From: Raillietiella orientalis
Taxonomy: Eukaryota
Assembly (NCBI GenBank): GCA_036172245.1
Contig: JAYWIR010000048.1
Span: forward strand, 248,001-312,000
DNA: 64,000 nt
Direction: 5' to 3'
The notes under the pieces are model-generated. The model had not been told where the DNA came from. It made no database searches and worked only from the letters and a program-made list of their open reading frames with translations. The position numbers and the translations under genes are program-made. Position 1 is the stretch's first letter; every line of letters begins with the position of its first letter. This document shows, in pieces, positions 24,745 to 39,700 of the stretch.

Positions 24745-27700
24745 GGAAACCACTGCGAGGGGAGCTGGTAGCGTACTCGCCTCAGCGGCATTTCAGCATA
24801 GAAACAGTTTCGCTTCCGGTCTTCCCTGTCTTCCCGCAACACGGGCAGGGAGATCTGCGCTCGGTTGGTTTGCGTTGCTGCTTCAAGTCCAACGGGTTTC
24901 GCTCCTGTCATTTCCACCACTTCCTGATTGTGCGCCACAAGTCTTCTACTCGTATTCACGTATTCAGTGTTGGAAAGCGCGATGACCAAAGCCTGGAGGG
25001 AGTACGAAGAACCGGCTGATCTTTCGTTTGCTGTTCCTGAAACCGGTGCGAATCGGATTCTTCCATCTCGGCGTGCTTCTTGTGCGATCAGTTTTCTGCC
25101 GCCGTTCACGCATCCTCCGGACCCCTTTTCTGCCGGACGGAACAGTCCGTCAAACATCACGAAATGATGCTGCGAATGTTTTGCTCTTTTGCTCTTGTTG
25201 CAAGCGAGTCCATCAAGATGCATTCGGACTGGCTTTCTTTCGAGCGTGCCGCGTGGCTCTGGTCCTCGTGCGTAACCAGACATCAGGTCAATAACCATCC
25301 ACGCACCACGGTTGCCATCTCGAAGCGTGCATCTCACACACACAGATTCGGGAGTTTTGTATTCAATCCAGTCACACAGGGTCACGCATTTTTGTTGCTT
25401 CTCCTGTTTTTTCCTTCGGCGGCGAGCGCTGGACGGACTGGTGCGGATATCAGCAGTTGAGAATCGGCAAAGTTCCACGGTGAGGTTGTCTTCGGTATCG
25501 TTCCCTCCGACGGCGAAATCCGTTTTTCAAAACAGAATTCAGTAGGCGGAGAAAGGTCCACTCCCTCTTCGAACCCGACTTTACCCAGTGTCCGAAGAAG
25601 TTCTTCGCCGCACCCAAGCACAGGGAGTTGTTTCCAGGATACCCCTAGCTCTCTGTAGCAATGCCTTCCTTACGGCTGCGCTTTGGGTGGCTCGGGGGCA
25701 TCGGATGCTCCAAATCCCAACGCAGCCCCTTCCGATCGAGTGCACGATCGCAGCGACATGCACACGGCACCAGCATGCGCGCGGCTAGCACTCGCCGCCC
25801 ATTTCCGACTGCTGGTTCCTTTCGGGCAAATTCCTGAATCTTCCTGAACTTGGACGAGGGGCGGGAGACGGGTCCCGTGATCCGTTTGCTGTCCCGTAGG
25901 TGATCGTGGAGCTTGCGGCAAGGCTCGGCGATTTTCGCGTCAAAGTGATGAGCTCTGTGCAACGAAGCCCTTGGGAGGAGCAGCGTGCATCCTTAGCTCA
26001 CCGATCGGTGCCCCCAACGGCGGTGAAGTCCTTCGCGGACCACGGGAGGCACCATTTGCCCTTTCGAAAGTGCCACCTGGGCCGTGCAACGAGAAGCGTT
26101 CTTGCTTGCAGTTTCATGCCCGCGTTGTGCCCCTGCCTCCCTCTGGCAAGTTCTGACCGAGGTTCGACCTCTTCGGAGTGACCAGATGCCTCGAAAGGGG
26201 AAGCGGCGCAACCATCCTCTTCGCAAACGGCAGCTCCACGGAGTGAGGTGGAGGAAACTTGAACATCCATCGGGCTCCGAACCACCGATCCCGCTGCCGA
26301 CTGGCTTCTTCCAGTTCCCATTTCGCTGCTGCGGAGAACCACGATCTGATTTATCTCCCGCTGGAGAGGAGGTTCGTCTGCTGTGTCCGCAGCCTCCCTG
26401 AGCTGAGACTTATCGCGCTTCATCTCCCACTCTTGCTGCTTCGACGTCGGATCTCAGACTTGACTGGTTCCGAGGCGCACGCGCGCGGTGATCTGCGACA
26501 AATCTGGGTCCCCTCCCAGTTTCTTTTGGAATAGGTCAGCTAAAGATGCTGGAAGGTGGATGGCGGGATGCAGAGGAGACGTTCAGTGTTAAAGGTTTTC
26601 CTAGAGCAGTCTCTACGGCTAGAAGGTCTTGGTATTCTTTCTCGCCGCCACCACCACCACCGTAGGGCGTCCTTGAACAAGCGTCGTCTATAAGAACGCA
26701 CTTCTCCTGATGACCGTGGTCCTAGCTGACCAAGGTTCCCGCCTTCGTGCCTTTTCCGTCGGGCCACCTTCGTCGACCCCTCCCCTGTGACTTCCTCCTC
26801 GCAATGTCCGCTTCCCGTTGCCGTACCTCCCATCCCCCTTCAGCGCCGACGAAAAGCACCGCCAGTCTTGGAGCGGATCCGAAAGTCACCCGGACTTTGG
26901 CGTCCGCATCTGATCGGAAGCCAGGCTGGAGCGGGTGCAGGCAGGCAATGGCGTCTGGAAGGGAGCGCGTGACTCCGCATGAGAACTCCGTGACTCCGGG
27001 TGAGGCATGGGAAGCCAACTCCACGCGAGGGAGGGAGGATTCTTAGCGTAGCGAAGGTGGCAGCTTCTCGAAAGAGCTCACGACTTGCGGTGCTTAAGGC
27101 GCGGTGAAATGGGAGAGAGAAGGGCATCTCCGCACGTGCCGTACCGCGCAGGATGTTCTATGTCTGTTCCCATTCGCTTCTTCCGACGGTTCCGATGGAA
27201 CGCTTTCGCGGACCGAGGTTGATGACGGAAGATCGAAGGTTCCCGGAGGTGAAGAGTGAGGTACGCTTCGGCGAAGACACAGCGCTCTCTATTCCTCGCC
27301 ACCAGCCCCCGCTTCCTCTGGGAGAAGAAGAGAAGGAGGAGCGGTCGTTTCTCCCTTGCACGCTGCGAAGGAGGAGGAGGAAAAAAAATCCGATCCATCG
27401 TTCCCGTCTTCGCTTTCAGTAGGGAGTCCTGAGAATTTCTTTCCCCTTATCTCTTCTGTTCCTTCCTCTTCTCTCCCCTCTCCTAGACTGCTCTCCGGGA
27501 AGTCCGCCCTCTGGCTGGCAAGGCTTTGTTCACCATCTGCGCTTCGTGGGAAAACTTCCCGGGAGATCCACGTCTGTTCCCTTTTTTCTCCGACTGCGCA
27601 CACTCTTAGGTCTTTCTCCTTCCTTTGAAATTACCTGCCGCTTCCGGCTTGACTTACTTTTTGGCTCCTCCTTGGCACTGAGGCGTATTCCCACCCCTTT

Positions 27701-30700
27701 CTTTCGGTAAACGGAAACGATGAATTTTCCCGGATGTTTCTGCGCGCGCTCTCGCGAAAAGGAGGGGCGGTGGAGGGAAAGAACTGTACGAGGCAGTTCA
27801 GTAGAGAGGAACTGGGAACAGCTCCCTCCCTCCATCTCCCTCTCCGTTTCCCGCCCGCGCTTCCACCAAGTCTTGTTCCCTTTTGCCTGCGGTGTGCATA
27901 CTCTCTCCTCTTCGGAAGGAAGCTCCACCCCTCCCCTCCCCTCCCGTCTGGATCCCGCGAGCCGCAGTTCGGCTGCAACTGGGCGAACAGTAGAAGCTCT
28001 CCTGGCTCCCGAGAGGTTCTGCCTTGGTCCTTCCAGGGGGAGGAAAGACCAAGAGGGTGGAGAGTAGGGGAAATGTAGGACGAAAGCAGAGTTGTATGAG
28101 TTCCCGGGTAAAGCGCTTTCGTTCTTAACTCGGGATAGAGAAAGGGGACTCCACCGTTCTGAGCCTGCATCATCCTCTTCTGAGCAACATCTTACTCGCT
28201 TCGGTTCTTGTCCAGAGCGGGACTGCGCATTCCGTGACGTTAGCGGGGAAAAGTCAGCTGCGTTCGCTGGCCTCTCCACTGCCCTCCTTTATTTGCCTGT
28301 TTTCCCTTTCCTTCCTCCCTGCGGCTTTTCCGGACCTCCGAGTTTCAGTGTGGAAACGAGGGAGCGGAACGCTGAAAAGAACGATCGTGTGCTTTTCCAT
28401 CCGGGAAGAAAAGGAAAGTCTCTGCTCGTGACATCTTCCGGGAAACCAGAGAACATTCTCCTTCATGCCGGGAAAGTGGTGGCGTTTCGCCGAAGGGGAG
28501 CTACCGTGTATAGGTCACACATCCCTGCAGCGCGCGAGCTGTCCTGCTGCTGAATCGTGGCTATTTCGAAGGGGAGCTCCACCGAAACGATCGCTCCAGG
28601 TGGAGCAAAATGAAGGAATGCTCCGCCCTGCGTCACTCTCTCGGCGCTTCACTTTCCCAGGCGTCCTTCCTGGGAGGGCTGCTGACCAAAGTCATCCCGC
28701 GTCTTCGGTGCAGTCTGGATTCATGCGGAGCAGGAGTTGGAAAAGCTACTGTGGATGCAGTCTGGAAGATCAGCGATGGGTTCGGAGAGGGTGGGAGGGC
28801 GCGAAGGAGCGGCGGCTGAGCGGTCGCCCCCTCCTCAGAGTCCGTCGAAGAATTCAAGAGTGGAGCAGAGTCATGAAGCCACCACCAGCAGCAGAGCTGC
28901 TTCTTTCAGAGTCACATCAGTTCCTCTCCCTCATTTCCCAATTCCTCCCCCCTTTTTTTCTACCTCTTCCCCCACGGGAGCCACCTTTCTGCTCTTTTGT
29001 GGCATTCGAGGGACTTCCGTGCTCTCATGCAACACCCTCCCCACCAGCGTGGTCTACGCGGCACGAAGCTCGATCGGATTTGCGGATGTACTGAATGTTT
29101 CCAGCGCGTCGCGTTCCGAAGAACGCAAAGAAGAAGGGCGCCCGTCCTTTGCGATCCTGGGCCGTCGTTGTCCAAGGAGGAGGCTGCGGTAGCAGCATCT
29201 GCAGCCTAGCGGCCTCTCTCTAGGTCCGAGGGCCCCCTCCGTCTCCTCCTGGGTCCCTTCCTGAAATGGGTAGAGTCAGCTGCTTCTCCCTGCGGGGTGG
29301 CAGGAGCAGCCTTCACGAGAGGGCGTGCGTCTCCTCCTCCCTGCCATCCGTCTCAGTCCTCCTCTTCCTCCACTCTTCCCGACCTGCGCTGCCACCTCCG
29401 CTTTGCTCGTGCAAGCGGGAGAATGCTTGCGCAAACGACTCCAGGTGGAGCGCCTTGCCTTCCCGTCTCCGCCTGCTGCTGTTTCCGCTGAGGCGGAGGA
29501 ACCGATCCGCAGAAGCAGGGCACGCCCGCCCGCAACTTGCTGGCGGGTGGAATCACGTGAGCTTGCGTGACCTCTGTGGCCTGCGCACGGCTCCCTGCCC
29601 CTCCGCCAGGGCGCAGGCGGAAGCTCCACTGTCGACGCTTGTCTTTGAGGAGGCGAAAGAGGAGGGAGAGGGGAAGAGTCGGCAACAGGATGCTGCGTTC
29701 TTCCCCCTCGGTTGCACTCGGGAAGTTATTGGGAAGATCATCGTGGCGGCAGTGGAGGCACCGGGAGAGGAGCTCACATCTGCGAGCCCCCCTCCTTCCC
29801 TTCCCTCTTCCGTCGCCATCTTCTCTCTGTTCCTTCCCGCGTGCGGTCCAGCTGTGCACGTCTTGCCGCCTCGCTCAACAGCAGCAGTCGCAGCAGTTCC
29901 TCCTCACTCCATGGTTGCTTCGGGAACGTGAGCGCGCGCCCTCGACGCGTAGCAACACTCGTTGCAGTCAGGAACGAGTCCAGAGCGACGACGCCGTATT
30001 TCTTCTTCGCCACTTCGTCGTCTTCCCTACTGGTGATGCGTGCTCTCTTTCTGTGAGAGTGAGAGGCGCCCTGACACTCTCTGCCCCCCCCCCTCCTTTT
30101 CCGTTCAACTTTGAGTTCCCATTGCCCTAGGACGTCAGCCGAGCAAGGGGCATCTGACGAACAGGGGAGAGAGAAGGTGGATCCGAGCAGTATTCGTGGG
30201 GGGGGGGAGGAGCCGAGTTGGCCTCCGGAAAGCGTTTTCGTGGGTACGAGACCGTCCGATCCGCTGAGCACCTAGTAGCAGCGGCAGAAGAAGACTTCTG
30301 CGGCCCCGCCGGGACACCTCGTTCCGCTCCCGGAGGAATGCGCCCTTGGCGAGCGAAGAAGGCAGCTGGCGAACGCCCGCTCCGTGGAGATGGACTCTCC
30401 ACAGTGCCGCCCGGTGCAGTTGAGTGCTGAAAAACGTTCCAACGTCGTCTCGCCTCAGCACCTTCCGCGCCGGATCCCCAAGGAGAGGATGGTATGGGAG
30501 TTTAGTTCGCTCGCCAACGCACGCTCCTTTGGACAGCGTCCAAGGGAGTTGGGGATGAGCGCTTGCCCTCCTCAGGAGGGTGAGCCGACGACTGCCATGC
30601 AGCTCCATGGCCACGTCCGTCTGCAGGCGAGGTTTGCATGCAACGTCTGGGCTTCCTACGGAATTCCGAGGGAAACTCTATGCTCTCCCCGCTCCTCCTT

Positions 30701-33700
30701 CGATTGCCCCCGCGGTTGTGCCCGGCGAAGGGAGCTCTGCTTCCTTGCGGGAGAGGAAGGGACAACGAAGCGCCCTCTCTTACGGTTTCCTCCCACTTCC
30801 GGAGCTTCCTCCTTGTCTCTTTAGCACCGCGTCCAGGTCCACGGAACGAGTCTCCGCGCGTGACGCCACGTCCCCCCGTGAGGGAAGAGGGAGAGCGCAA
30901 GGCATCCCGCGCGTCCGCGGGTTGCACCGTGGCTGCCGGAAACCGAACGAGCGTTCCGCTGCTCATCCCGAGTGCATCCGTCCATCCTGCGTGACGAACG
31001 CGGATCCTGGCCTTGTGGGCAGCTCTGCTCGGCCCCACGGAGAGACAGCCGGTGCGTCCCTGAAAAGGTCGCCATCGCATACCCAGCAGACGTACCCCGG
31101 GAGACTTCCCCAGACAGCACAACGGTGTTCTGGGTCGGAGGGCGTGTGGCAGTCTTCGAGAATGGGGTACGCGGAAGCGGGTTGCCTCCCTTGCCGGGAA
31201 CGTGGCTTACAGGGAGAATCAAGAGATCGCGTGAGCGCATGCCAAGGCCAGGAACCTGCCAAGGGGATGAGGGAGGAGAAGCCTCCTCACCTTTCTCGAA
31301 TGCACACGCAAGCAATCGGAAAAAGTTACCGAGTGCGGGGCTGGCTTTCCGTCCCGGAGCGGTGCTCGTTGCCTCCGAAGCCGTCCGCAGACGCTCGCCC
31401 CGTCTTTCCGTAGGAGAGTCAAGAGAAAAGAATGAAAGGGGTGATGCACTGAAGCTGTCCACGGAAGAACCCGGAGTGTGGGCATCGTCCGAGGAGCCTC
31501 CCTGCTTTCCCGTTCTCGAACGCTTCTCTGCGCAGAAGCGCGACGGGAACCACAGAGCTCCAACGCCACCCTCTCTCCATAAGTGGAGCTTGCAAAGTGC
31601 CTGTTATATGCTCCTGGGCTAGTTGGTCCCATTCTACGGTCGGTTGCTGGTTCTGATCCGCTTCGCGCCGGTGTCTCCCACCTTTCATCCCACCGCCCGA
31701 CCCCGCTTCCTCCGGTAGGAAGCAAAAGTCCCTGTTGCCTGGCTTTGCTCGCGACTGTGCAACGAAATTCTTTCTTCTCTTGCTGAGGAATGCATTCGCT
31801 GCTGCCGTGGAAACCGCTGTTGCGAACGCGAATGACGCCTTCCCCTGTCTTCCTGTCTTCGCGTCAATCCGTTGCCCGCTCCGTTCGATGGCGATCCTGG
31901 GGTCCTCCGATCTTGGGCGGGGCCGACGCGCGCGCTTTGAATTTTCTCGGTAGAGACGTGTGGATGCGCCGTTGCCAACCTTACTTGCCGTACAACGAGC
32001 TTTGCTCTTTTTCCAGTTATCCTCAAAGGACCGAAAGAACTCTCGGGCAACCGAGTGAAATTTACGAATTTCTCTTTGCTGGTGGAACCGAGCCAATCGA
32101 ATTCTTTGTTCGGGTTTCACCAGGCGGGGATTTTCCAGCTTCTTCGGGGCGATGTGCTCATCAAGTTCTCCGAAGACTGCCCCAACATGGTGACCCATAC
32201 CTCCCTCGTAGCCAAACCCGAGATCGAAGTCTTGTGGATTGCGCCTCCCAGCGGCTCGGGATGCGTCACCTTCAGGTCAGTGGAGCGAACCCCGAGCTCG
32301 CAGAGTTCCTCCCGCAGAAACTCTGCCGAGCTCTATCTCGCCTGCTCTTTCCCCGGTTCCATCCTCCGTTATTCCGTGGGTCTGGGAGTCGTCGCGACGT
32401 CGGCGATGGTGCAAGCAGTGACAATGATCATGACCGCGGTCATGGTGGAGTGGCTGATAACGAGCGCTGGTGATGATGACTCTCAAGATTGACACTCGCG
32501 ATAGGGACGAACGTTAGGCGGTGATTTTTTTTAAATGATAATGGTAATGATGATCAGGGGTAATGGTGAACATGATGATAACGATAGCGATAATGATGGT
32601 CATGTACGGAGAGCCACTTAAAACCGGTCCCTTCATCCGGCCCTGCGGCGAAACGTCGCGGGACTTTATGCGGGCCGGTTTCCAGCTACTCGTCCACAGC
32701 GAGCTGCAGGAAATGCTCGACGAACGGAAGTGGCCTCGACCAGTTTCAAGGTCATGAGATCCGGTCTCAACTTTGCGCCTTCCACCGAAGTCTTCGCTCC
32801 GCGCAGGTGGACCCCAGCTCCCGCGCCCTGCGATTCTTCGACACCGAGGTGCAGGGAGGGAAAGAAGGAGGGGCAGGGTCTCAGAAAAACCCACTCCGTG
32901 GACTGGCGCCACCATGCAGCCTGGAAACAGGATGAGCGACTCGAAGCAGCATGGCTTTGCTGCAGACCTCAGCATCTGGAGGCGGCCAGGTTTTAAGTAG
33001 TTGGGTAAACTACTTATCTGGCATATAACTACGATGATAACCATGACGATGAACTCGTTTTCACTTCGGGGCGGAATGATAGATGAGCGTGGGTGACCTG
33101 ATGATCTCGACCTGATGTGTTTCTGGAATTCCTGCGCAGTAATACGAGGACCAACAAGGAAACCGTGGAGAAAATCGCCGGTCAAACATACGCGGGGATG
33201 TTTTTCAGCATTGGGAAAACGGTCGGAGCCATGAGCTTGCGGGGAGCTCCGTGTCTGTTCCCGCCCTGGTCACGTTCCGGCAAAGACGGCAAATCTCTTC
33301 TACGCTTTAGGAAATATGTGCGGATTTCCTGCCGTGTCCACCTTTTTCGTTCGTCCATTGCACGTGGACTTTCAGAGAAGGCGTCCTTCGTTCTCGCGCT
33401 GTCGTGCTTGAGCTTGAGCAACCGTCCGGTTGTGGCAGCACCGTCCAAGGGATCGCAAGCTCTGCAACATGGAACATCCAGATCAAACTGCAGAGTAGAA
33501 AATGTCGCCGATGTGTGTGAAGTTGTGCTTCAATTGCTCCTGCAGGGTTTCCTGGGAGTCATGTACCGCACACCTTGAGGCATTAGAGGCGGCACGGCTC
33601 TCACGAGACGGGGACTGCTTAGAAACTTCCTATCGGACACGGAGTCGCTTTGCAGGCTCCGTGGGCACGAAGGTGCACATCTTTGGATCCTTCCGTTTTC

Positions 33701-36700
33701 ATGGTCTCTCCCAAGTGGAAAACCCTATTCCCGCGTGAAAATGAGAAATTTCTCGAATCTGCTCCTGCGGCGGACAACCAAACAGCTACATTGATGCCTT
33801 TTCGGGTGCGATTCGTTCGCTTCTCTTTTTCCCACGCCCCACTGTAGAATTCTCGAAGGATTTCCTCCTTTCCCGTCAAGCATGGATCAAGGAGGCTTCC
33901 AGGATCACAGCAGTTTCAATCCCTCCCCCCCCCCCTTCCCTTCAGTCTTCACCGTTGCTTCCAATTCTCCTCGGAGGAGCTTTTCTTCTGCGTATTCACC
34001 CATTTGGGTTTTCTTCCTGCGTGCGTTTCCTTCTCCGCTTCCGACGGATTTTTCCGTCGCCTCCCGGGAACCATCCCTTGCGTTCCGTAGGAAGTGGAGG
34101 CAATAACGAAACTGTACTCTTCGTCTTCCAGAGTTGACCCCGCCTGTCCCTCATTCCCGCGCTCTGTGCGATGCTTGGAGACTTCCGGGGGACTGATCCC
34201 ACAGCTCAGATCACTGCTACTCAAGTCGTGGCTGCCGAACTCAGCAGATCTCTAGCTCTATACCCTCCTCCCCATCGGATGGATCTCTGCTTCCTCGGTA
34301 CTGTTGCTCGCAGTGTTAGTTTCTACGCTTACGTGCCCGAGCAAGCCGCGCTTCCGCAAATCCCAAATGCCATGGGCGATGTATCATGGGAACCTTTTTT
34401 GCACCCGCCCTGACTGGGCTTGCTGTGACACCGAACTGTAGAAGACAAAGTGGGAAAAACATTCGGTGGTAGCTTCGGGGAGGACACGCCTCAACATCGT
34501 GGGTGCTCGTCGAAAGACTTCGTTTTGCAGAGATTTGACTCGGGATTTGCGATCGCTCTAGAGCCCCTCGAACGAGCCTCTCTGACCAATCGGGTGCCAT
34601 GCACCAAGCTTGGGGTGACCTCACCATTTGCAAATCTGTTCTGCATGTGAACCGGGTTCCCTCTCGTGTGAAGTCGGTGCTTCTATCTGTTCAGGGCCAT
34701 AGTGGTCGACAGTACCAACGATGTATGGCACATGGACGATGGAAAGCTTACGAAGGAGCTCTGTGAAGACGTCCAGGTGGACGACAACGTCCTGCCTCCA
34801 GTACTCGACGAGTGCTGTGCTTGCGACGAAGCAAAGTACCAGGTACGAACCTCTAATCCCGAATCCCCACGGCTTTCATTCTTCTTCAAACAGGTCACTT
34901 TCGAAGGACTTTGGTCGAAGCACACCCATCCAAAAGATTTCCCGACCAACGAGTGGCTGACCCATTTCAGTGACATCATTGGGGCTTCTCACGACGTCAA
35001 CTTCAAGGTCTGGGAGGCCAACACAATAGCATCCGATGGCCTGCGGCAAGTGGCTGAGTGGGGAGCCACCAGGAAGCTGGAAAGTGAACTGAAGGCCAAA
35101 GTGAGCATGCGCTCTCACAAATCCTGTTCCACAATTTCTGAAAGACTCACCCTGGAGAGTCTCCAAAAGACTCTCCAGGGTGATAGAGCATCCTTTGCTT
35201 TCGTTTTCCGTTTCTTTCTCTGCGCATGCTCGGGGTAAGTCGTCTGGTCAGTGGAGAGGAACGAGGTCGTTTCTTCTCGACAGCGCCTACATTTCTCTCT
35301 TCGGGGAATAGGCAAGTTGAGGTTTGCTCCAAGCTGATGATGGGAACGAAACGGCGAGTGGTTTTTTCTTCATTTTGCATCTTGAAGACCCTTCTCGAAG
35401 GGGCGACATCCAAGTGTGCTGCTTTCGTATGCGATGCTTGACGCTCGTGCTTTCCAAGCACGTTTTTCTCTCTGCGTTGATTGCGGATCGACCGAGGTTT
35501 CTTTTAAATGCCCTCCCCCCTCATTCGTTCTGTTGGAGCTCAGCAGTGGTGCATTCTACGGGAAAACTGGTCAGCTCCTGTCAGCTCTTCTCTCATCATT
35601 GGAATGGCCAAACTTTCTTGTCGTCGTCTTTCCGCTCTGAGCTCAACGGTTTCTGTGGCAGCACTTGCAAAAGTCACTCGTGCTAGCATTGGCATCCCAG
35701 CGAATAGCACTCTCATCAGTGTATTTGTGACACTAACGAGAATCGTGGAATGCGCTGGTCTAGTCACAGGAGTTCAACCAACCTAAGAGATGGGGATCGA
35801 GGACATGTTTCTTGGATTCCATTTTCGGAGAAGCGGAGCGATCCGTGCCCAGCTCATCAGCCTGAAACAGCGCTGCTCTTTGGTTCTTCCCGATGCCAAG
35901 GTCAACCAAGAGATGATTCTTTCCCTGAGCCGGTCAAGAGGATCAGCTTGAGCTAGCGAGAGTGCTTTCCAGTTCTCTTTCCAGGACCCCTCCTCAGCTC
36001 CTTTCATGCCTGCCCTGAACTCTCAACTCATACAGAGGCATCATCGGAGCTGGAAGTCATCATGAGTTCTTCCTGGGCGAGATTATTATGTCCGCCAAAC
36101 CTGATCTTTTTCAAGACCTCCAAAGCCCAAGTGCAAAGACTGATTGGCGCGCCCTCTCCTTACTCATCCTACCGTCTACTGCAGTCGCGCTCCGAGACAG
36201 CTCGTAGCCCTCGTGGCGACAAAGATCAAAGCTCCTGTGGCTTCCATTTCGTCTGGGCTCCCGAACCTTGCCGACCGCCACTCTCTTTCTCTGGTACGGC
36301 TCTCTGCATGAAGATTTAGTGTTGGTGGTTTTCGTTGTGCTCGCGTCGCCGTTGCTCTGTTTCTTTCGCTCTTCTGAATGCGAGGACACCTCTAGATCTC
36401 GTTGTCTTTGCAGGAGGGCAACTAATTGGCAACTATTGGAGTGCAGGATTTTTGTTTTTCTTCCCTTCTTTCTTAATGGTTAGCTGGTCTTGACCCTGTG
36501 CGAAGCGAAAGAAAATTCCCAAGCTCGGTGCTTCCCAGAACGTTGACAGTCGTACAGCGACAATGGCAAAGGAGTCGCTACGCTGCGGAGGAATCGAAAG
36601 ATGGATCCAAGGCACCGAAGGTCGCCGATTGCCTCAAGTGTCGCTCGCTTCTGCAGAAGCTCCACAGTTTCCGCCCCCGTCCAAGGCGTCCCTCCCTTCC

Positions 36701-39700
36701 CTTCCCATCTCGGGCGGTCCAGGAGACCTTGACTGAAACCAAGGGCACAGCTCTGTTGCTCCAGGAGAGGTGGTACTCCACGGTGTGGTATTTCTGAGTT
36801 TTCTAGGGAAGTGGACCCTGTAACTGGGTGAGACCACCTCGTAACCCGCAGAACCACCACGCGACGAGCCACGGGTTGGAAGGCGTTCTTTCCTTCAGTC
36901 GCTAGGCAGCTGAAACGCTTACCGCCGCTTTCTCTGCATCTGCTCCCTTGTGAGCTCCTTCACTCGTCGATCCGCCTTTCTCGTGCTGTCCTTCTACCTG
37001 TTAGGCAGGATGCACGAATTCTCACCACTGACGAACGGTACTCTGCTAGAGGAAGGTCACCTGCTTCACCTTCGTCTATAAAGGAAAAGTGAGCAGCCCG
37101 CTGCACGGACAGACGCTAGGAGGAAAAGGATGACCCTAAGTGAATTTCGCGGTGATATTTGTGACTGTTTTTTTTTTGTGGCACGCGTCCTCCTCAAGGG
37201 GAAGAACACGAAACGGTGGGTCGTGAGCCTGTGCTGGTTTTCGTCCAGCAGCAATTCTTGTAATGGGAGATCATAATTTCCACCCTCCTTCCCCCATCCC
37301 TCTCTGACGGCGCGACTTGTTGTTGCGGGAGCAGTGGAAGCGATGTCTACGCGGGGGACGGGGGGACGGGTGCGGCCGAGACCAGTCGCTGATGCTCCTT
37401 TCTGTTCCCAAGAGCAAGCACATCCGCACCATCATCAAGTCCCGAGGGCTCTGGTACCCGAATGTGAACGGGAAAACGCTGGCCGTGTTTCGAGTCGACC
37501 GGAAGCACCACCTGATGTCGCTGGTCTCCATGCTCGGTAAGCAAAAGCGCTCGCGCCGCCCCCTGGGACGTCCTCGAGGGTGAGATGAGAGCAGCAGCAG
37601 CAGCATGACTGGCGGAAGGACTGCACGTCAAGGAGGCAACGGCGCGCTGCTGGAAGGTGCTCTTCCCTCTCCCTCTCAAGGCCGTCGATTTCCGGCGTTT
37701 GCTTTTTCGAGCTCCTCTACAACATGTGGTCGGTGGCGCCCGCCTACACAAACCCGCGCTCTCCCTTCCGGGCACCTTTCTGAAGCTCCTTACCTTTCCT
37801 ACTCCTCCTCTCGATCCAACCCGCTTGTGTGTGGAGCTCAGGGATGCGCGAGCGACCTGTTGGCGCTATCCTTGTTTCCGTACCAAGTCTTCCTAGGGAT
37901 CAGAATTGGTGTCTAAAAGGCCCCTCTTTCACAACCGAGGGGACCCACGCCGTCCTCCAGCCTTGCCATCAGAGGGTTGTTGTGCATACTTCCTGGTTTC
38001 TCTGTGCCTCTTCCCGCTGCGCGCATGGTTGGGGACACAGGTTCAAAGATGCAAGGCTCTTCAAGGAGCGCGGGAGGAAGTGAATTTCCAGAGGCTGGCC
38101 TTCAGAGAGATCAAGATGACTCAGTGACGAGCAGTACATGGAACCTCAGAAGCACCGATCTCTCTTCCTTTTCCCGAGGCTCCGCGCCGCGTGGGCTCGC
38201 AGGTCGGTGCACACCTCGTTCCTCCGAGAGAGGAGTCAGGTCCTTCCATCCTTCCCGGAAGATGGGGATCCACTCCTTGCGGAAAGGGGAGGCTGTCCGG
38301 AGTAACATCGTCTTCCCCTGCGACCATTTCGCCGGTGGAGGCGGTGGTGCTGTCGAGCTGGAAGATCCTTTATGAGACGGAGGTGCAGGAAATGGCACCT
38401 GCCGCCGCTGCTACTCCGGACGACGAGCCGCTCTTTCCTCCTGGCCTTTCCTTCCCGTTCCTCCTTTCTCCTCCTCCGGCGAGTCCCGGCTTCATGTGAA
38501 CTTCTGGTCCTACTGCTGAAGTGGAAGCACAGAAACAGCAATCCCTCCTCGGTCCCTCCTACATTCCTGCTACCTTCTCCCCTGTAATGGGTCGTCCTCT
38601 GCCTCCGTCACACTCGAGGAAGCAGACGAGGAAGTCTTTCTTCAGGACGGTTTCCTGGTCTGCTTCGGGAGAAAGCTGGGCTGTCCTCGATAGATCCTTC
38701 GACTCACGCGGCCGGCTGCTATAGCCACACGCCATCTTTTCTCTTCGAAAAAGGCGCGGGATGGAATCTTCCTTTGTGCGAGGGTGGTGGCTGACGGTGG
38801 AGAGAGGCCGTTCGCTCGTCTTCAAGGGCGTCTGATCGAGGGGACTGCCGAAACGAGAAGTCGCAAAAAGGAAAAGAAGGGGGAGAGATCTTAGGTGAAA
38901 AGGAGCGGGGTGGGTGGAGCGGAAACAGACGCCGTCGACAGAACCCTTTCCAACGACTTTTCCTCCAGGTCCCTCCCCGGACTGGTTCGTCGGCCTGCCG
39001 TCCTTAGAACTCTGCACGAAGAATTGCAGCTGGATTGAGTCCAAAACCATTGACCTGTACCCCTGGGATGCAGGGACGGACAACGGGATCACGTACATGG
39101 TGAGCTCTCCGCTGCCCGCAGGTAGCGGCGCTGTCCCGAATGACGTTCTTTTCCTCTTCACCACCCTTTTTCACTCGACTCCATGCAGTCCCCGAACTTC
39201 GCAGCGGTTCCTCGCCAGAAGATTACTAGGATCACCAATACCTGGCCCGACGACGCGCGCTCCCCTTTCTACGATCCCACGGGCGCTCCCGTGAGACCAG
39301 TAGCGAGAGTCGTGATCAGCAAACAGCGGATCTACGAGAAGAGCTGCTCGGAAGAAAGCTCTTCTGCTCCACTCCCCTCCTACGAGGTCGAACAGTCCGA
39401 GAACTCGGAAGACTCCCTGAGGCGTGAGTAGGCGATGTCCGCTGCTCCTTCTCCTACCCTCTCTCTTCCCGCACATCTCGCCCGCTTTCCCCTCTTTCCA
39501 GCGGAGTGTGCCGTCACCGCCTGGGGAGCTTTCAGCCCGTGCAACGTACCGTGCGGCAAGGGGCTGCGCATGAGGCAGAGGAGCTACGTGCTGCCCTTCA
39601 AGGCGAAGATGATGGCCTGCAACAGGCAGCTGGTAGAGAAGGAAATGTGCGTCGCGGACAGCCCGGAGTGCGGGTGGGTGGCCTCGCCTTGTGTCCCCCT

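Noticed and set aside
32429..32444. 16-bp palindrome CATGACCGCGGTCATG
   Set aside because: Embedded in a degenerate ATG/GAT trinucleotide tract where such palindromes arise readily.
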